Positions 15,119-25,518 of a stretch of 33,525 bases of DNA are shown here, in pieces. Position 1 is the stretch's first letter. Each line of letters starts with the position of its first letter. Origin of the DNA: an uncultured Candidatus Peribacteria bacterium (GTDB lineage Bacteria > Patescibacteriota > Gracilibacteria > CAIRYL01 > GCA-016699755). The stretch covers positions 9,946 through 43,470 of the forward strand of contig CAZOZW010000010.1 of assembly GCA_964584385.1 (NCBI GenBank). The letters are read 5' to 3'. A program made the position numbers and the translations under genes. Under the pieces are notes generated by a model. The model was not told the origin of the DNA. It searched no databases and was given only the letters and a program-made list of their open reading frames with translations.

Positions 15119-16270
15119 CTATTTCTTATTCTTTTCACGCTCTTCTGCCTCAAGCATTGCTTTCTTCTTGCGTCCGCGACCGCTCGGTTTAGGGTTCCAC
15201 TTCGAATCATCGAAGTCGTATGCCGCACGACCGACACGAATGAACGCATCTTCTTTTTGCAAGTTGAGCGAGATAGTACCGACTTTAACGTCACGTTGTT
15301 GTTGTACGCGTTTGACTATCTCTTTTTTGCTGAGCGGACCGTCTTCTTTTAAAATAGAAGCAATAACATCTGCAACCGTACCGGGGTTATAGCCCCATTC
15401 ACGCAGGGCGTACATGCCTCTGCCAACCAGGACGAACTCGGGGTAGCGAATCAAATCGTTGTGAACGGCTTGAACGGTTACCGGGCGGTTGTCGAATCCT
15501 TCGCTCGAAATAGTGTTGGCGATTTCGATAAAGTGCATTGGCTGGTTATGCTTACGCATAATGATCAACGCTTTATCGTGGATACTCTTCGGGTTGATAT
15601 GACGCCATTCTTGTAAGCCCCAGTGGTTCTCATCAATCTTACGAAAACGGACATCAGCCGAGATCACAGCTAAGATTTTTTCATAAGCGTCGGCTTCCAT
15701 CTGTAATCCCTTTGCTGTTTTTTCAACGAGCTCGGGAGTAGTAATGACATCACCTTTTTTGTTCGTTACCTGGTAAGCACATTTAGCGATGCTTTTTACT
15801 TCTGACATGTTCGTCATGCTTTTTTGATACCAAAAGCGATGAAAGCTTTTTGGTGAATCGCTCCGTAAAACCCCGGGGGTGATTGAAAGCGCAAGGCGTA
15901 CGATATGACCGTTCACCGGCGATTCGGGGCCATGCAGCTTTGAAAGCACTTCGGTGATGATCTGTTTTTCGCGGCAAAGCCCGCCATGGTGGCCGAGGAT
16001 TTGCGTGATGGTACCACTAACCCGTTTGATCTTCGTGTTGCTCGCATTGCGTTGCAGTTTGCGGAGCGCAGTGGCTTCGATCTGACGGATGCGTTCGCGC
16101 GTTACGGCGAATTTCTGCCCAATACTTTCAAGTGTTTTACGAGGTTCGTTATCGAGTGAGAACCGGTGTGTGATAACCGCTCTTTCTTTGTCGGAAAGAA
16201 CCATTAATAATTCTTGAACCATTTCTTCAAGATTGGTTGCTCCACCTTTGGTTGATGCTGTCGAAACCAT
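15119..16270 (-). CDS. Sigma-70 region-4 HTH protein with C-terminal HARE-HTH-like winged-helix domains
   Basis: LSDKERAVITHRFSL..LESIGQKFAVTRERIRQIEATALRKLQ is region 4; no region 2 is visible. MHFIEIANTI..FVLVGRGMYALREWGY resembles the RpoE-delta/HARE-HTH domain. Confidence 0.7.
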   Translation of the reverse strand: MVSTASTKGGATNLEEMVQELLMVLSDKERAVITHRFSLDNEPRKTLESIGQKFAVTRERIRQIEATALRKLQRNASNTKIKRVSGTITQILGHHGGLCREKQIITEVLSKLHGPESPVNGHIVRLALSITPGVLRSDSPKSFHRFWYQKSMTNMSEVKSIAKCAYQVTNKKGDVITTPELVEKTAKGLQMEADAYEKILAVISADVRFRKIDENHWGLQEWRHINPKSIHDKALIIMRKHNQPMHFIEIANTISSEGFDNRPVTVQAVHNDLIRYPEFVLVGRGMYALREWGYNPGTVADVIASILKEDGPLSKKEIVKRVQQQRDVKVGTISLNLQKEDAFIRVGRAAYDFDDSKWNPKPSGRGRKKKAMLEAEEREKNKK

Positions 16271-16602
16271 AAGAACTGAAAAAAAGAAGATTTTGGCTCT
16301 ATATAATGCTTATACTCGTTGCATGTCGTGGTATTTCCTTTGTGTAGGCTGCTAACATTTGCATTCTTCATGCTTGCAAAGAATTTTTCACTTGTCAAAT
16401 CCTTTTCCCGTAATCTTTTTGTCATAATCCTCAGATATCCGTTGCTACAATTGAATATGCAAATCGCAGAAAATCTCACTCTTTTCTTTCATACCACACA
16501 AAGTAGCGTTGGCAACATTTTTTCTTGCTTTTTTGGTAAACATCGGCAACAAAGGTGGTACACTGTCCAAGATTTTTCTATCCTTACTAAAATATTGTAA
16601 TC

Positions 16603-17952
16603 ATGGGTGAATATTTGCGAAAGACAATACCGGAGAATTTCTTTTTGCGACGCTGGTATTCGGTGGTTCGTTCAACTATGGCTGCCATGTATTATGGTTT
16701 TCCTGCCAAAGAATTACAAGTGATCGCCGTAACCGGTACCGATGGCAAAACCACAACCACTTCGATGATCGCGCACATTTTGCGCAAATGTAATAAAAAA
16801 ATCTTAACCATCACCACAGCCGAAATTCGCATGGGGCAATTCGTGATTCCTGTTGATAAGCGTACCACCCCCGATGCCTGGATGTTACAGCGATTTTTCA
16901 AAGAAGCGGTTAAACAAAATATCGAAATCGTCGTACTCGAAGTATCATCACACGCCTTGGTACAAGGTCGAATTTTTGGGGTCGGGGTCGATTCCGCCGT
17001 ACTTACGAATATAACCCCCGAACATCTCGATTATCATCGCACTTTTGTTGGGTATCAACTGGCGAAGAAAAAGCTGTTCAAAGATTACCTCAAGCCAAAC
17101 GGGGCGGTCATCTTAAACCTCGATGACCAATCGGGCAGAGCATGGAGCCGTGAGTTTTTGGCAAAAGGCAAAAAAGTATATACCTATTCTGCCAAAGGCG
17201 ATGCCCGCGCAACCCGTGCCGCCGAAGAGATTACCTATCACGACAAAGGCGTGGAGTTCTTATTACACGATAAAAACAAAGAGTGCAATGAGCGAGTGTT
17301 CGTGCCGGTGTTTGGATCGTTTAACGTCGCCAATGCCTTGGCGGCTATTCTGGCGGTGCGCCCGGTTGGCATCTATTGCCCCGAGGCGGCCGTGGCGATG
17401 AAAGATTTTCCCGGTATAGCGGGGCGTATGGAGCGCATAAGTGTTGGGCAAGATTTTACCGTTTTTGTCGATTTTGCACTTACCCCCGGAGCATTCACGA
17501 AAATGCTTGCCTCGGCGCGACGCATGGCAAAGCGGCACAAACTCATCGTCGTATTCGGCTCACCCGGCAGCCACCCCGACCCCGAGGTTCGAAAAGAGAT
17601 CGGCAGAATTGTTGCTAACGAAGCAGATCTGGCAATTGTGACCGATGACGAGACATATTATCAGAATCCGAAACAGATTCGCTCGCAACTGCTCGATGGA
17701 GCATTTGCAGCCTTGGGCGAAGCGGCATTCGTCGAAAAGGTAAAAGAGATCGGTGATCGCCAGCGCGCAATCGAATTCGCCATTTCAAGTGCGGTAAAGG
17801 GTGACGTGGTGGTGATCTCGGGAATGGGTCATTTGACCACCCGCAATATGGGCGGCACAGAAACATCGTGGAGCGATATTGAAGTAGTGAAATCGCTGTT
17901 AAGAAAACGAGTCTATTCTGCGAACAACCTTCCTTCTTCAGAAACTCAATGA
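16603..17952 (+). CDS. murE: Mur ligase, MurE-like (UDP-MurNAc-tripeptide synthetase)
   Basis: P-loop VTGTDGKTTT, the DYHRTFVGYQLAKKKLF motif, and GRMERI. 449 aa, so the N-terminal domain is short. Confidence 0.7.
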   Translation: MGEYLRKTIPENFFLRRWYSVVRSTMAAMYYGFPAKELQVIAVTGTDGKTTTTSMIAHILRKCNKKILTITTAEIRMGQFVIPVDKRTTPDAWMLQRFFKEAVKQNIEIVVLEVSSHALVQGRIFGVGVDSAVLTNITPEHLDYHRTFVGYQLAKKKLFKDYLKPNGAVILNLDDQSGRAWSREFLAKGKKVYTYSAKGDARATRAAEEITYHDKGVEFLLHDKNKECNERVFVPVFGSFNVANALAAILAVRPVGIYCPEAAVAMKDFPGIAGRMERISVGQDFTVFVDFALTPGAFTKMLASARRMAKRHKLIVVFGSPGSHPDPEVRKEIGRIVANEADLAIVTDDETYYQNPKQIRSQLLDGAFAALGEAAFVEKVKEIGDRQRAIEFAISSAVKGDVVVISGMGHLTTRNMGGTETSWSDIEVVKSLLRKRVYSANNLPSSETQ

Positions 17953-18824
17953 AAAATGGCGTCTTACTGATCGATAAACCCGAAGGCATGGCGAGCTTTG
18001 CCGTTATTAGCGAGGTGCGCAAAAAACTCGGTATAAAAAAAGCCGGGCACGCCGGCACACTCGATCGCTTTGCCAGTGGTGTACTGGTGGTAGCGGCGGG
18101 TGAGGCAACAAAAGCGCTCTCTAGTTTCTTGATCTCGACCAAAGTCTACGAAACCGAGATCGTATTCGGGGTAACCAGCAAAACCCTCGACCCAACATCC
18201 GACCTTGAGATCGGTGAACCGATAGTCGAACCGAAAAAAGCCGAACTCGAAACGGCGATCAAAGATTTTATCGGCGAGATCGAACAAGTCCCACCGGTTT
18301 ATTCGGCATTAAAACGCGGTGGAAAACGAGTCAGCGACCGCGCCCGTAAAGGCGAGAATATCGAGCTTAAGCCACGTCCGGCAACTGTTTTATCTGCCGA
18401 TATTTTAAATAGTGGTATTTACGAAGACGGACGGTTCAAAGATCATTTCTACGTTACCGTGCGATTAAACGTTGGCTCGGGGTTTTACGTACGCAGCTTT
18501 GCCCGTGATTTTGCAAAAAAATTCAACACCACCGGCATTTGCGCACGGTTGCGTCGTCTGTCTGTTGGTCCGTTTTTAGTCGGCGATTCCATTTCTCCCG
18601 AGGTGATCAACGAATTTGCCGTACGTGAGATCAGCCCCGAAATGTTTTCGTTCGAATCGGTGCATATCAGTAAGCCCCACGCCGAGCGCTTTATGGCAGG
18701 GAATGCTGTGTATATTCCTCACGAAAATGCTGAACGGGTGGCGGTGTTTTGCCTAAAAAACTGGCTTGGGTTTGGTAAAATGCAAGAGGGGATGCTGCAA
18801 CCGGCGCGCGTGGTAAAGGGTTGA
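17949..18824 (+). CDS. truB: tRNA pseudouridine(55) synthase TruB
   Basis: GVLLIDKPEGMASF..GHAGTLDRFASGVLVV contains the catalytic Asp motif. ATGA overlap with murE. Confidence 0.9.
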   Translation: MKNGVLLIDKPEGMASFAVISEVRKKLGIKKAGHAGTLDRFASGVLVVAAGEATKALSSFLISTKVYETEIVFGVTSKTLDPTSDLEIGEPIVEPKKAELETAIKDFIGEIEQVPPVYSALKRGGKRVSDRARKGENIELKPRPATVLSADILNSGIYEDGRFKDHFYVTVRLNVGSGFYVRSFARDFAKKFNTTGICARLRRLSVGPFLVGDSISPEVINEFAVREISPEMFSFESVHISKPHAERFMAGNAVYIPHENAERVAVFCLKNWLGFGKMQEGMLQPARVVKG

Positions 18825-18849
18825 CAAAATCGTTTTCATGTATTTAAAT
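18821..18849 (+). promoter_or_regulatory. Promoter TTGACA-17-TTAAAT, overlapping the truB stop
   Basis: A consensus -35 and 17-nt spacing, about 90 nt upstream of ATG 18940. Confidence 0.55.
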
Positions 18850-18939
18850 GCAGCCGGTTTTAACCGTGTGTCGTATTCTCGGTAAACGGCGAATGCGACC
18901 TGATCTTTTCATCATTACTTTTCGATAGGGGAAACACCA

Positions 18940-19290
18940 ATGATTCTTTTCGGACTCATCTTGATTCTTGTTGGATTAAGCTACGTTTACGGGCTATTTC
19001 GACTGTTCGTTGCCCGAAGATTTCTCAAATATGTTTTTGTTACTTTTGTTTGGGCGACTGCTGGCTTTTGTTCGGTTGTATATCGCCAAGAGATTTATTT
19101 GGCTCAAGATTTTTTTGCCAAGATTATAGAAGATGTTCTTCTGTATCTGCTTGATCCGCTACCCATCATATTCTTACTGATGGTAATATTGCCACTGGTA
19201 ATTGCGGTTTTACGGTATATCTATCGCGATTGGCAAAGAGAGCGAAGTAATCGTAAACAACAAAACGCGATTGGAAAATCGAAAGAATGA
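18940..19290 (+). CDS. Three-TM miniprotein P1 (116 aa) with a basic C-tail
   Basis: SD GGGG 9 nt upstream. Three hydrophobic segments, then the tail RDWQRERSNRKQQNAIGKSKE. Confidence 0.65.
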   Translation: MILFGLILILVGLSYVYGLFRLFVARRFLKYVFVTFVWATAGFCSVVYRQEIYLAQDFFAKIIEDVLLYLLDPLPIIFLLMVILPLVIAVLRYIYRDWQRERSNRKQQNAIGKSKE

Positions 19291-19300
19291 AACAAACAAT

Positions 19301-19333
19301 GGAGTCGACATTAACTCGACTCCATCTCTTTTT
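19301..19333 (+). terminator. Rho-independent terminator
   Basis: Stem GGAGTCGA/TCGACTCC with a 7-nt loop, followed by atctcttttt. Confidence 0.7.
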
Positions 19334-19339
19334 ACATGT

Positions 19340-19381
19340 TCTACTTCATTTACACGTATCTCACCGTATTAAAGCAGTATT
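19340..19381. repeat. 42-bp palindromic element, copy F (degenerate left arm)
   Basis: tctacttcattta cacgtatctcaccgta ttaaagcagtatt. It keeps the 13+16+13 geometry. The left arm matches the consensus at 10/13 positions and the right arm at 12/13. Confidence 0.7.
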
Positions 19382-19395
19382 TTATGCGAATATGC

Positions 19396-19424
19396 TTGAC
19401 GAAAATATATTCTTATTGAAAAAT
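19396..19424 (+). promoter_or_regulatory. Promoter TTGACG-17-AAAAAT
   Basis: Good -35 and 17-nt spacing. It starts 15 nt after copy F and lies 85 nt upstream of ATG 19509. Confidence 0.45.
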
Positions 19425-19508
19425 GCGCGCGATTCAATAGAATCGTGTATTGACGAACAACCATATGGTATGTGTCGTCTGGCCATTAAAAACATGGAGT
19501 GAAATCTG

Positions 19509-19802
19509 ATGACAAACGAATTATTGGTATTCTTCTTTTTCGTAGTTTTCGTTTTGATGACGACTTTTGAGTTCAAGCAACCTGGAACCTATCATTTCGG
19601 GTTTATTGTAAGCTTGATATCACTTTTGGTAATTGGATTATCTTTGATGTACCCCGTACAAACGGAAGAATGGACTTTGAAAGCACTTGATTTCACCTTT
19701 GGACTAATCCCAGTTCGCGAACTCATTGATGAGTACCGTGGAATATTCTTTGTTGGGGCGTTAGTCCTAATGCTCGCGTCTACCTTTTGGAATAGGAACT
19801 GA
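19509..19802 (+). CDS. Three-TM miniprotein P2 (97 aa)
   Basis: SD GGAG 9 nt upstream. Three hydrophobic segments. Confidence 0.65.
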   Translation: MTNELLVFFFFVVFVLMTTFEFKQPGTYHFGFIVSLISLLVIGLSLMYPVQTEEWTLKALDFTFGLIPVRELIDEYRGIFFVGALVLMLASTFWNRN

Positions 19803-19818
19803 GATAGCATTCATGTTG

Positions 19819-19855
19819 CCGGAGAATTACCTATTGCGTATTCTCCGGTTTTTTT
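19819..19855 (+). terminator. Rho-independent terminator
   Basis: Stem CCGGAGAAT/ATTCTCCGG with a 12-nt loop and a T7 run. Confidence 0.75.
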
Positions 19856-19936
19856 CTGTAATAGATTTGATTCGGCTTTTCGTGAGCACGAATACAATCG
19901 GTCCTTTCTTTTATCGGCTTGTTCACCGGAGGTAGT

Positions 19937-20308
19937 ATGTATATTTATATCGCCCTATTACTATTGATCGCGGGATGGGGGTTTATGATTCTGTTCTCAT
20001 TGATTTTCAGTTCGATTCGTATGATTCGGGTGAGACTCGGGCAGATCGAACCTTTGCCCGACCAAACCGCACGTATTCTGGTTCGATTTGTTTTAGGGGT
20101 AATCCTTATCATCTCTTTTGTTTTGATCAATAACAATGCCGGGCATGTCAGTCATTGGATGATGAACAGTTTGCCACCGGTTCCTGTTGATACGGTTATT
20201 TTATTCGTTATTTGCGGCTGGGGTCTTGCCCCGTTTGTTTACCGTCGACTTGTGCGCATTGCGCATGGTCGACTAATAAAGAATACTTCGGTTATGTTTC
20301 GAGCCTGA
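19937..20308 (+). CDS. Three-TM miniprotein P3 (123 aa) with a basic C-tail
   Basis: ORF 19919..20308 (TTG) trimmed to ATG 19937, which follows SD GGAGG. Three hydrophobic segments, then the tail YRRLVRIAHGRLIK. Confidence 0.65.
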   Translation: MYIYIALLLLIAGWGFMILFSLIFSSIRMIRVRLGQIEPLPDQTARILVRFVLGVILIISFVLINNNAGHVSHWMMNSLPPVPVDTVILFVICGWGLAPFVYRRLVRIAHGRLIKNTSVMFRA

Positions 20309-20318
20309 TAAAAAATAT

Positions 20319-20346
20319 GCGGAGAGAGAACATCTCTCCGCTTTTT
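20319..20346 (+). terminator. Rho-independent terminator
   Basis: Stem GCGGAGAGA/TCTCTCCGC with a 5-nt loop and a T5 run. Confidence 0.8.
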
Positions 20347-20351
20347 AGAAA

Positions 20352-20393
20352 AATACTGCATTTATACGCAATTCACCGTATTAATGCAGTATT
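20352..20393. repeat. 42-bp palindromic element, copy D
   Basis: aatactgcattta tacgcaattcaccgta ttaatgcagtatt. An extra half-site, gcagtatt, follows at 20401-20408. Confidence 0.9.
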
Positions 20394-20529
20394 TTTGCTC
20401 GCAGTATTATCATTTGCCAAAACAAATATTCCATGATTAAATATCGCCGATTCACTTTGATGAATCTTTCGTATTTCAGTCCAATTCTTTTGCGACTGAA
20501 TTCTGAAACTTTACATAGGAGTTATACAA

Positions 20530-20925
20530 ATGATGACCAGTTACACGGTAGCATCTGTCATTCTGGTTTGTTTGTTTTGTAGTATGTTATTGATTGCCGG
20601 TATGATTCGGCAATGGCGACAGAATAAAAACCAGTCTGAAACCAATCGATTGGATTTCAATATTCAGTGGTTACGCCGAGCCTGCTTGTTCACCTTGTTG
20701 ATCGCAACGATTACGCTCGTAATGCGTCCGCAATATTTCTTGCCGTTGTTGCCGCAGTCCGACGCTTCTGCTGGTATAACGATCACGATTTTCGGATCGA
20801 TATTCTGCGTTTTTCTGTACTTGGGTTTGCATCAAGTTGTTGCTTTCTTTACGCAAATCCGCTCCCAGAAAGATAAAGAGTACGAGCAGCTCTCGAAGTC
20901 GATTTTTTCGAGATCTGAGCAATAA
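20530..20925 (+). CDS. Three-TM miniprotein P4 (131 aa) with a charged C-tail
   Basis: SD AGGAG 8 nt upstream. Three hydrophobic segments, then the tail RSQKDKEYEQLSKSIFSRSEQ. Confidence 0.65.
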   Translation: MMTSYTVASVILVCLFCSMLLIAGMIRQWRQNKNQSETNRLDFNIQWLRRACLFTLLIATITLVMRPQYFLPLLPQSDASAGITITIFGSIFCVFLYLGLHQVVAFFTQIRSQKDKEYEQLSKSIFSRSEQ

Positions 20926-20938
20926 CTCTGTATGTGTT

Positions 20939-20966
20939 GCCCGGGGACCATCCCCCGGGCTTTTTT
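20939..20966 (+). terminator. Rho-independent terminator
   Basis: Stem GCCCGGGG/CCCCGGGC with a 6-nt loop and a T6 run. Confidence 0.8.
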
Positions 20967-20976
20967 AAAGTCTGAT

Positions 20977-21004
20977 TTGCAATGCGATATGCATATTGTA
21001 CAAT
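20977..21004 (+). promoter_or_regulatory. Promoter TTGCAA-16-TACAAT
   Basis: Good hexamers, 88 nt upstream of ATG 21092. Confidence 0.5.
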
Positions 21005-21091
21005 ATTTACGGTTCGAATGAATCGTGTTGGGCGATAAATCGAAGGATTATGTTGCCCGCCCTTTAACATCAACGTTTTTTGGAGAAGAAA

Positions 21092-21463
21092 ATGGAGAAC
21101 TACATCCACGTGGTTTTATTTGTTTGTACTGCTGTGTGGCTGCCACTTATTTTTATGATCTTGCTTTTTACCGGTTTATACATGGCAATCGTGTTTCGAC
21201 GGAGTATCGAAACTCCGTTCTTTTATTTGGTAAAAGTTTGGAATTTGATCGTTGGCCTTTTTATTGTTCTTTTAGCACTTGGGATGGTTACTGACCGCGA
21301 CGAGACCGGGTTTAATGCCTTTCTAAAAGAATACCTGCCGATGATACCTGAAACTGCTCTAGCGTCGGGGGTCGCCTTTATGCTGATTGTGAGTTGTACT
21401 CTGTATTGCATGGGAATTCTCGGTTGTAAGTTGATTGCTATTTCACTACAGGAGTCGAAATAA
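21092..21463 (+). CDS. Three-TM miniprotein P5 (123 aa)
   Basis: ORF 21080..21463 (TTG) trimmed to ATG 21092, which has SD GGAG 6 nt upstream. Its stop TAA shares one base with the next start (TAATG). Confidence 0.65.
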   Translation: MENYIHVVLFVCTAVWLPLIFMILLFTGLYMAIVFRRSIETPFFYLVKVWNLIVGLFIVLLALGMVTDRDETGFNAFLKEYLPMIPETALASGVAFMLIVSCTLYCMGILGCKLIAISLQESK

Positions 21464-21858
21464 TGGAACTGATTCTATTTTATATTGTCTGTTTCTTGTG
21501 GCACATGCTGCTTTTAGCCAGTCTGATCAAGTGGATTGATGTTGGTTACCAAGACGACCTAATGGTCGTTACACGGCGTGCTGAGGCAATCGTTCTGATT
21601 CCGCCATTTTGCGTCTTATTGGCTGCAGAAATCATAATCGCTGTTTTAGATGTTCAGCCGTCGATTCCCCGAATCGATGTTGGTTTTCCTTTGTTATTGA
21701 TTTTGGCTGCGTGCTTGTTTTTTGTTGGCATTATGCTGTTTATGCTTGTGCGATTTGCAGTGATTCGGTTTTTCGTATCACAACATGTTGCCAATCAACT
21801 CATGATGCAGGGTATTATTGATCAAGCGAAACAATCGATACTTACTAAAATCCACTAA
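21463..21858 (+). CDS. Three-TM miniprotein P6 (131 aa)
   Basis: SD AGGAG 8 nt upstream. Translationally coupled to P5. Confidence 0.65.
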   Translation: MELILFYIVCFLWHMLLLASLIKWIDVGYQDDLMVVTRRAEAIVLIPPFCVLLAAEIIIAVLDVQPSIPRIDVGFPLLLILAACLFFVGIMLFMLVRFAVIRFFVSQHVANQLMMQGIIDQAKQSILTKIH

Positions 21859-21870
21859 GCGTTCTTGTTT

Positions 21871-21898
21871 GCCGGTGAATTCGTTCACCGGCTTTTTT
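21871..21898 (+). terminator. Rho-independent terminator
   Basis: Stem GCCGGTGAA/TTCACCGGC with a TTCG loop and a T6 run. Confidence 0.8.
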
Positions 21899-21904
21899 AC
21901 GGTA

Positions 21905-21933
21905 TTGACAAAAGTATATTGATCGTTCAAAGT
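21905..21933 (+). promoter_or_regulatory. Promoter TTGACA-17-CAAAGT
   Basis: Consensus -35 but a weak -10. It lies 95 nt upstream of ATG 22029. Confidence 0.4.
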
Positions 21934-22028
21934 GCTATTGAATCGATGAATGATCGGTTTCGCAAAAGCAAGTCTAACTTGGCTTTTGCAGCAGTCCATT
22001 CAAAACACCACAGTAGATGGGAGAAGTC

Positions 22029-22358
22029 ATGTCTTTAATACATATTATTGAATCGACAATAGCTCTGGCATTACTTTTTGTGCTGGTGAATGTTTTTCTT
22101 GAATATCGAGAAAGACAGAAAAACTTCATAAGTCACGAGGTGCATTCGGTGCGCCAACAATATAGCCTGGTTTGGCTTGGTATTCTCATCATTATCGAAG
22201 CCGCATTAATAGTAATCGGAGATAAGATCTTTTTCTTATCGACGATGGTCGATGCGAGTATGGTCTTGTATTTGCTTTTGATCGGCATGCTTGTAATAGC
22301 ATTATTCTACTATGCCGTAGGTGCTTGTGTATTTATACATTCAATCCCGAAAAGGTAG
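22029..22358 (+). CDS. Three-TM miniprotein P7 (109 aa)
   Basis: ORF 22017..22358 (GTG) trimmed to ATG 22029, which has SD GGGAG 5 nt upstream. Confidence 0.65.
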   Translation: MSLIHIIESTIALALLFVLVNVFLEYRERQKNFISHEVHSVRQQYSLVWLGILIIIEAALIVIGDKIFFLSTMVDASMVLYLLLIGMLVIALFYYAVGACVFIHSIPKR

Positions 22359-22369
22359 TTTGCGATTCA

Positions 22370-22397
22370 CCGGCGACAGCGTGTCGCCGGCTCTTTT
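22370..22397 (+). terminator. Rho-independent terminator between P7 and the convergent ligA
   Basis: Stem CCGGCGAC/GTCGCCGG with a 5-nt loop, followed by ctctttt. Confidence 0.7.
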
Positions 22398-22399
22398 GC

Positions 22400-25012
<2,613 letters not shown>

Positions 25013-25013
25013 T

Positions 25014-25286
25014 TTAAGCTCCAGAATCCATCACCGCTTGCACCTGAGAGCTGGTTGAATTTGCAACATCAGAAACTTCGGCACTTTGCACTTCGGCAAA
25101 TGCCGAGGAGTTTTCAATTGCATCTCTCGATTCGGCGATGGTATCAACCACATTCTCGTTCCACCAATCGGCGATCTCACTCGAATTCTCAACTGCCAGG
25201 TATCCACCGGCGAATAATAATCCGCCGATGGCTGCATATTTCAACCATTTTCTTCGCCCACCCGATTCATTGAATTTTTCTGCCAT
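25014..25286 (-). CDS. Small N-terminally anchored membrane protein (90 aa), hypothetical
   Basis: Basic N-terminus, the TM segment YAAIGGLLFAGGYLAV, and an acidic Ser-rich tail. No SD. Confidence 0.5.
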   Translation of the reverse strand: MAEKFNESGGRRKWLKYAAIGGLLFAGGYLAVENSSEIADWWNENVVDTIAESRDAIENSSAFAEVQSAEVSDVANSTSSQVQAVMDSGA

Positions 25287-25518
25287 AAATAATCGCTAAA
25301 CCTGAATGCATCACCATTTTAAAAATACTTTTTCTATTTTGCAAATCTCCGATTATTCGCTTGCAGAAGAAAGATATGTGATACTTATAAAAACTATTTA
25401 TACAGATGATTTGTTCTTTGCCTGAGAATCTGGTAAAAAGCTGCGGCTGCTCGGATTGCTTTTTTGCAATACCGTAGTGGTACACGAAATTCTTTTACAA
25501 AACCGGGGAGACGGAATA

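Noticed and set aside
16271-16602. A 332-nt divergent intergenic region between the sigma-like gene and murE, checked for an ncRNA or repeats.
   Set aside because: I found only promoter-like boxes (TATAAT at 16301-16306, tgtCATAAT near 16419). There is no palindromic-element copy, no convincing conserved structure and no match to ncRNA motifs I know, so it is not reported as a feature.
19287-19502. A 71-aa ORF spanning the P1 terminator, palindrome F and the P2 promoter.
   Set aside because: It runs straight through a terminator hairpin, the repeat element and a promoter. It has no SD and an odd His/Leu-rich composition. It is very likely a chance ORF in AT-rich intergenic DNA.
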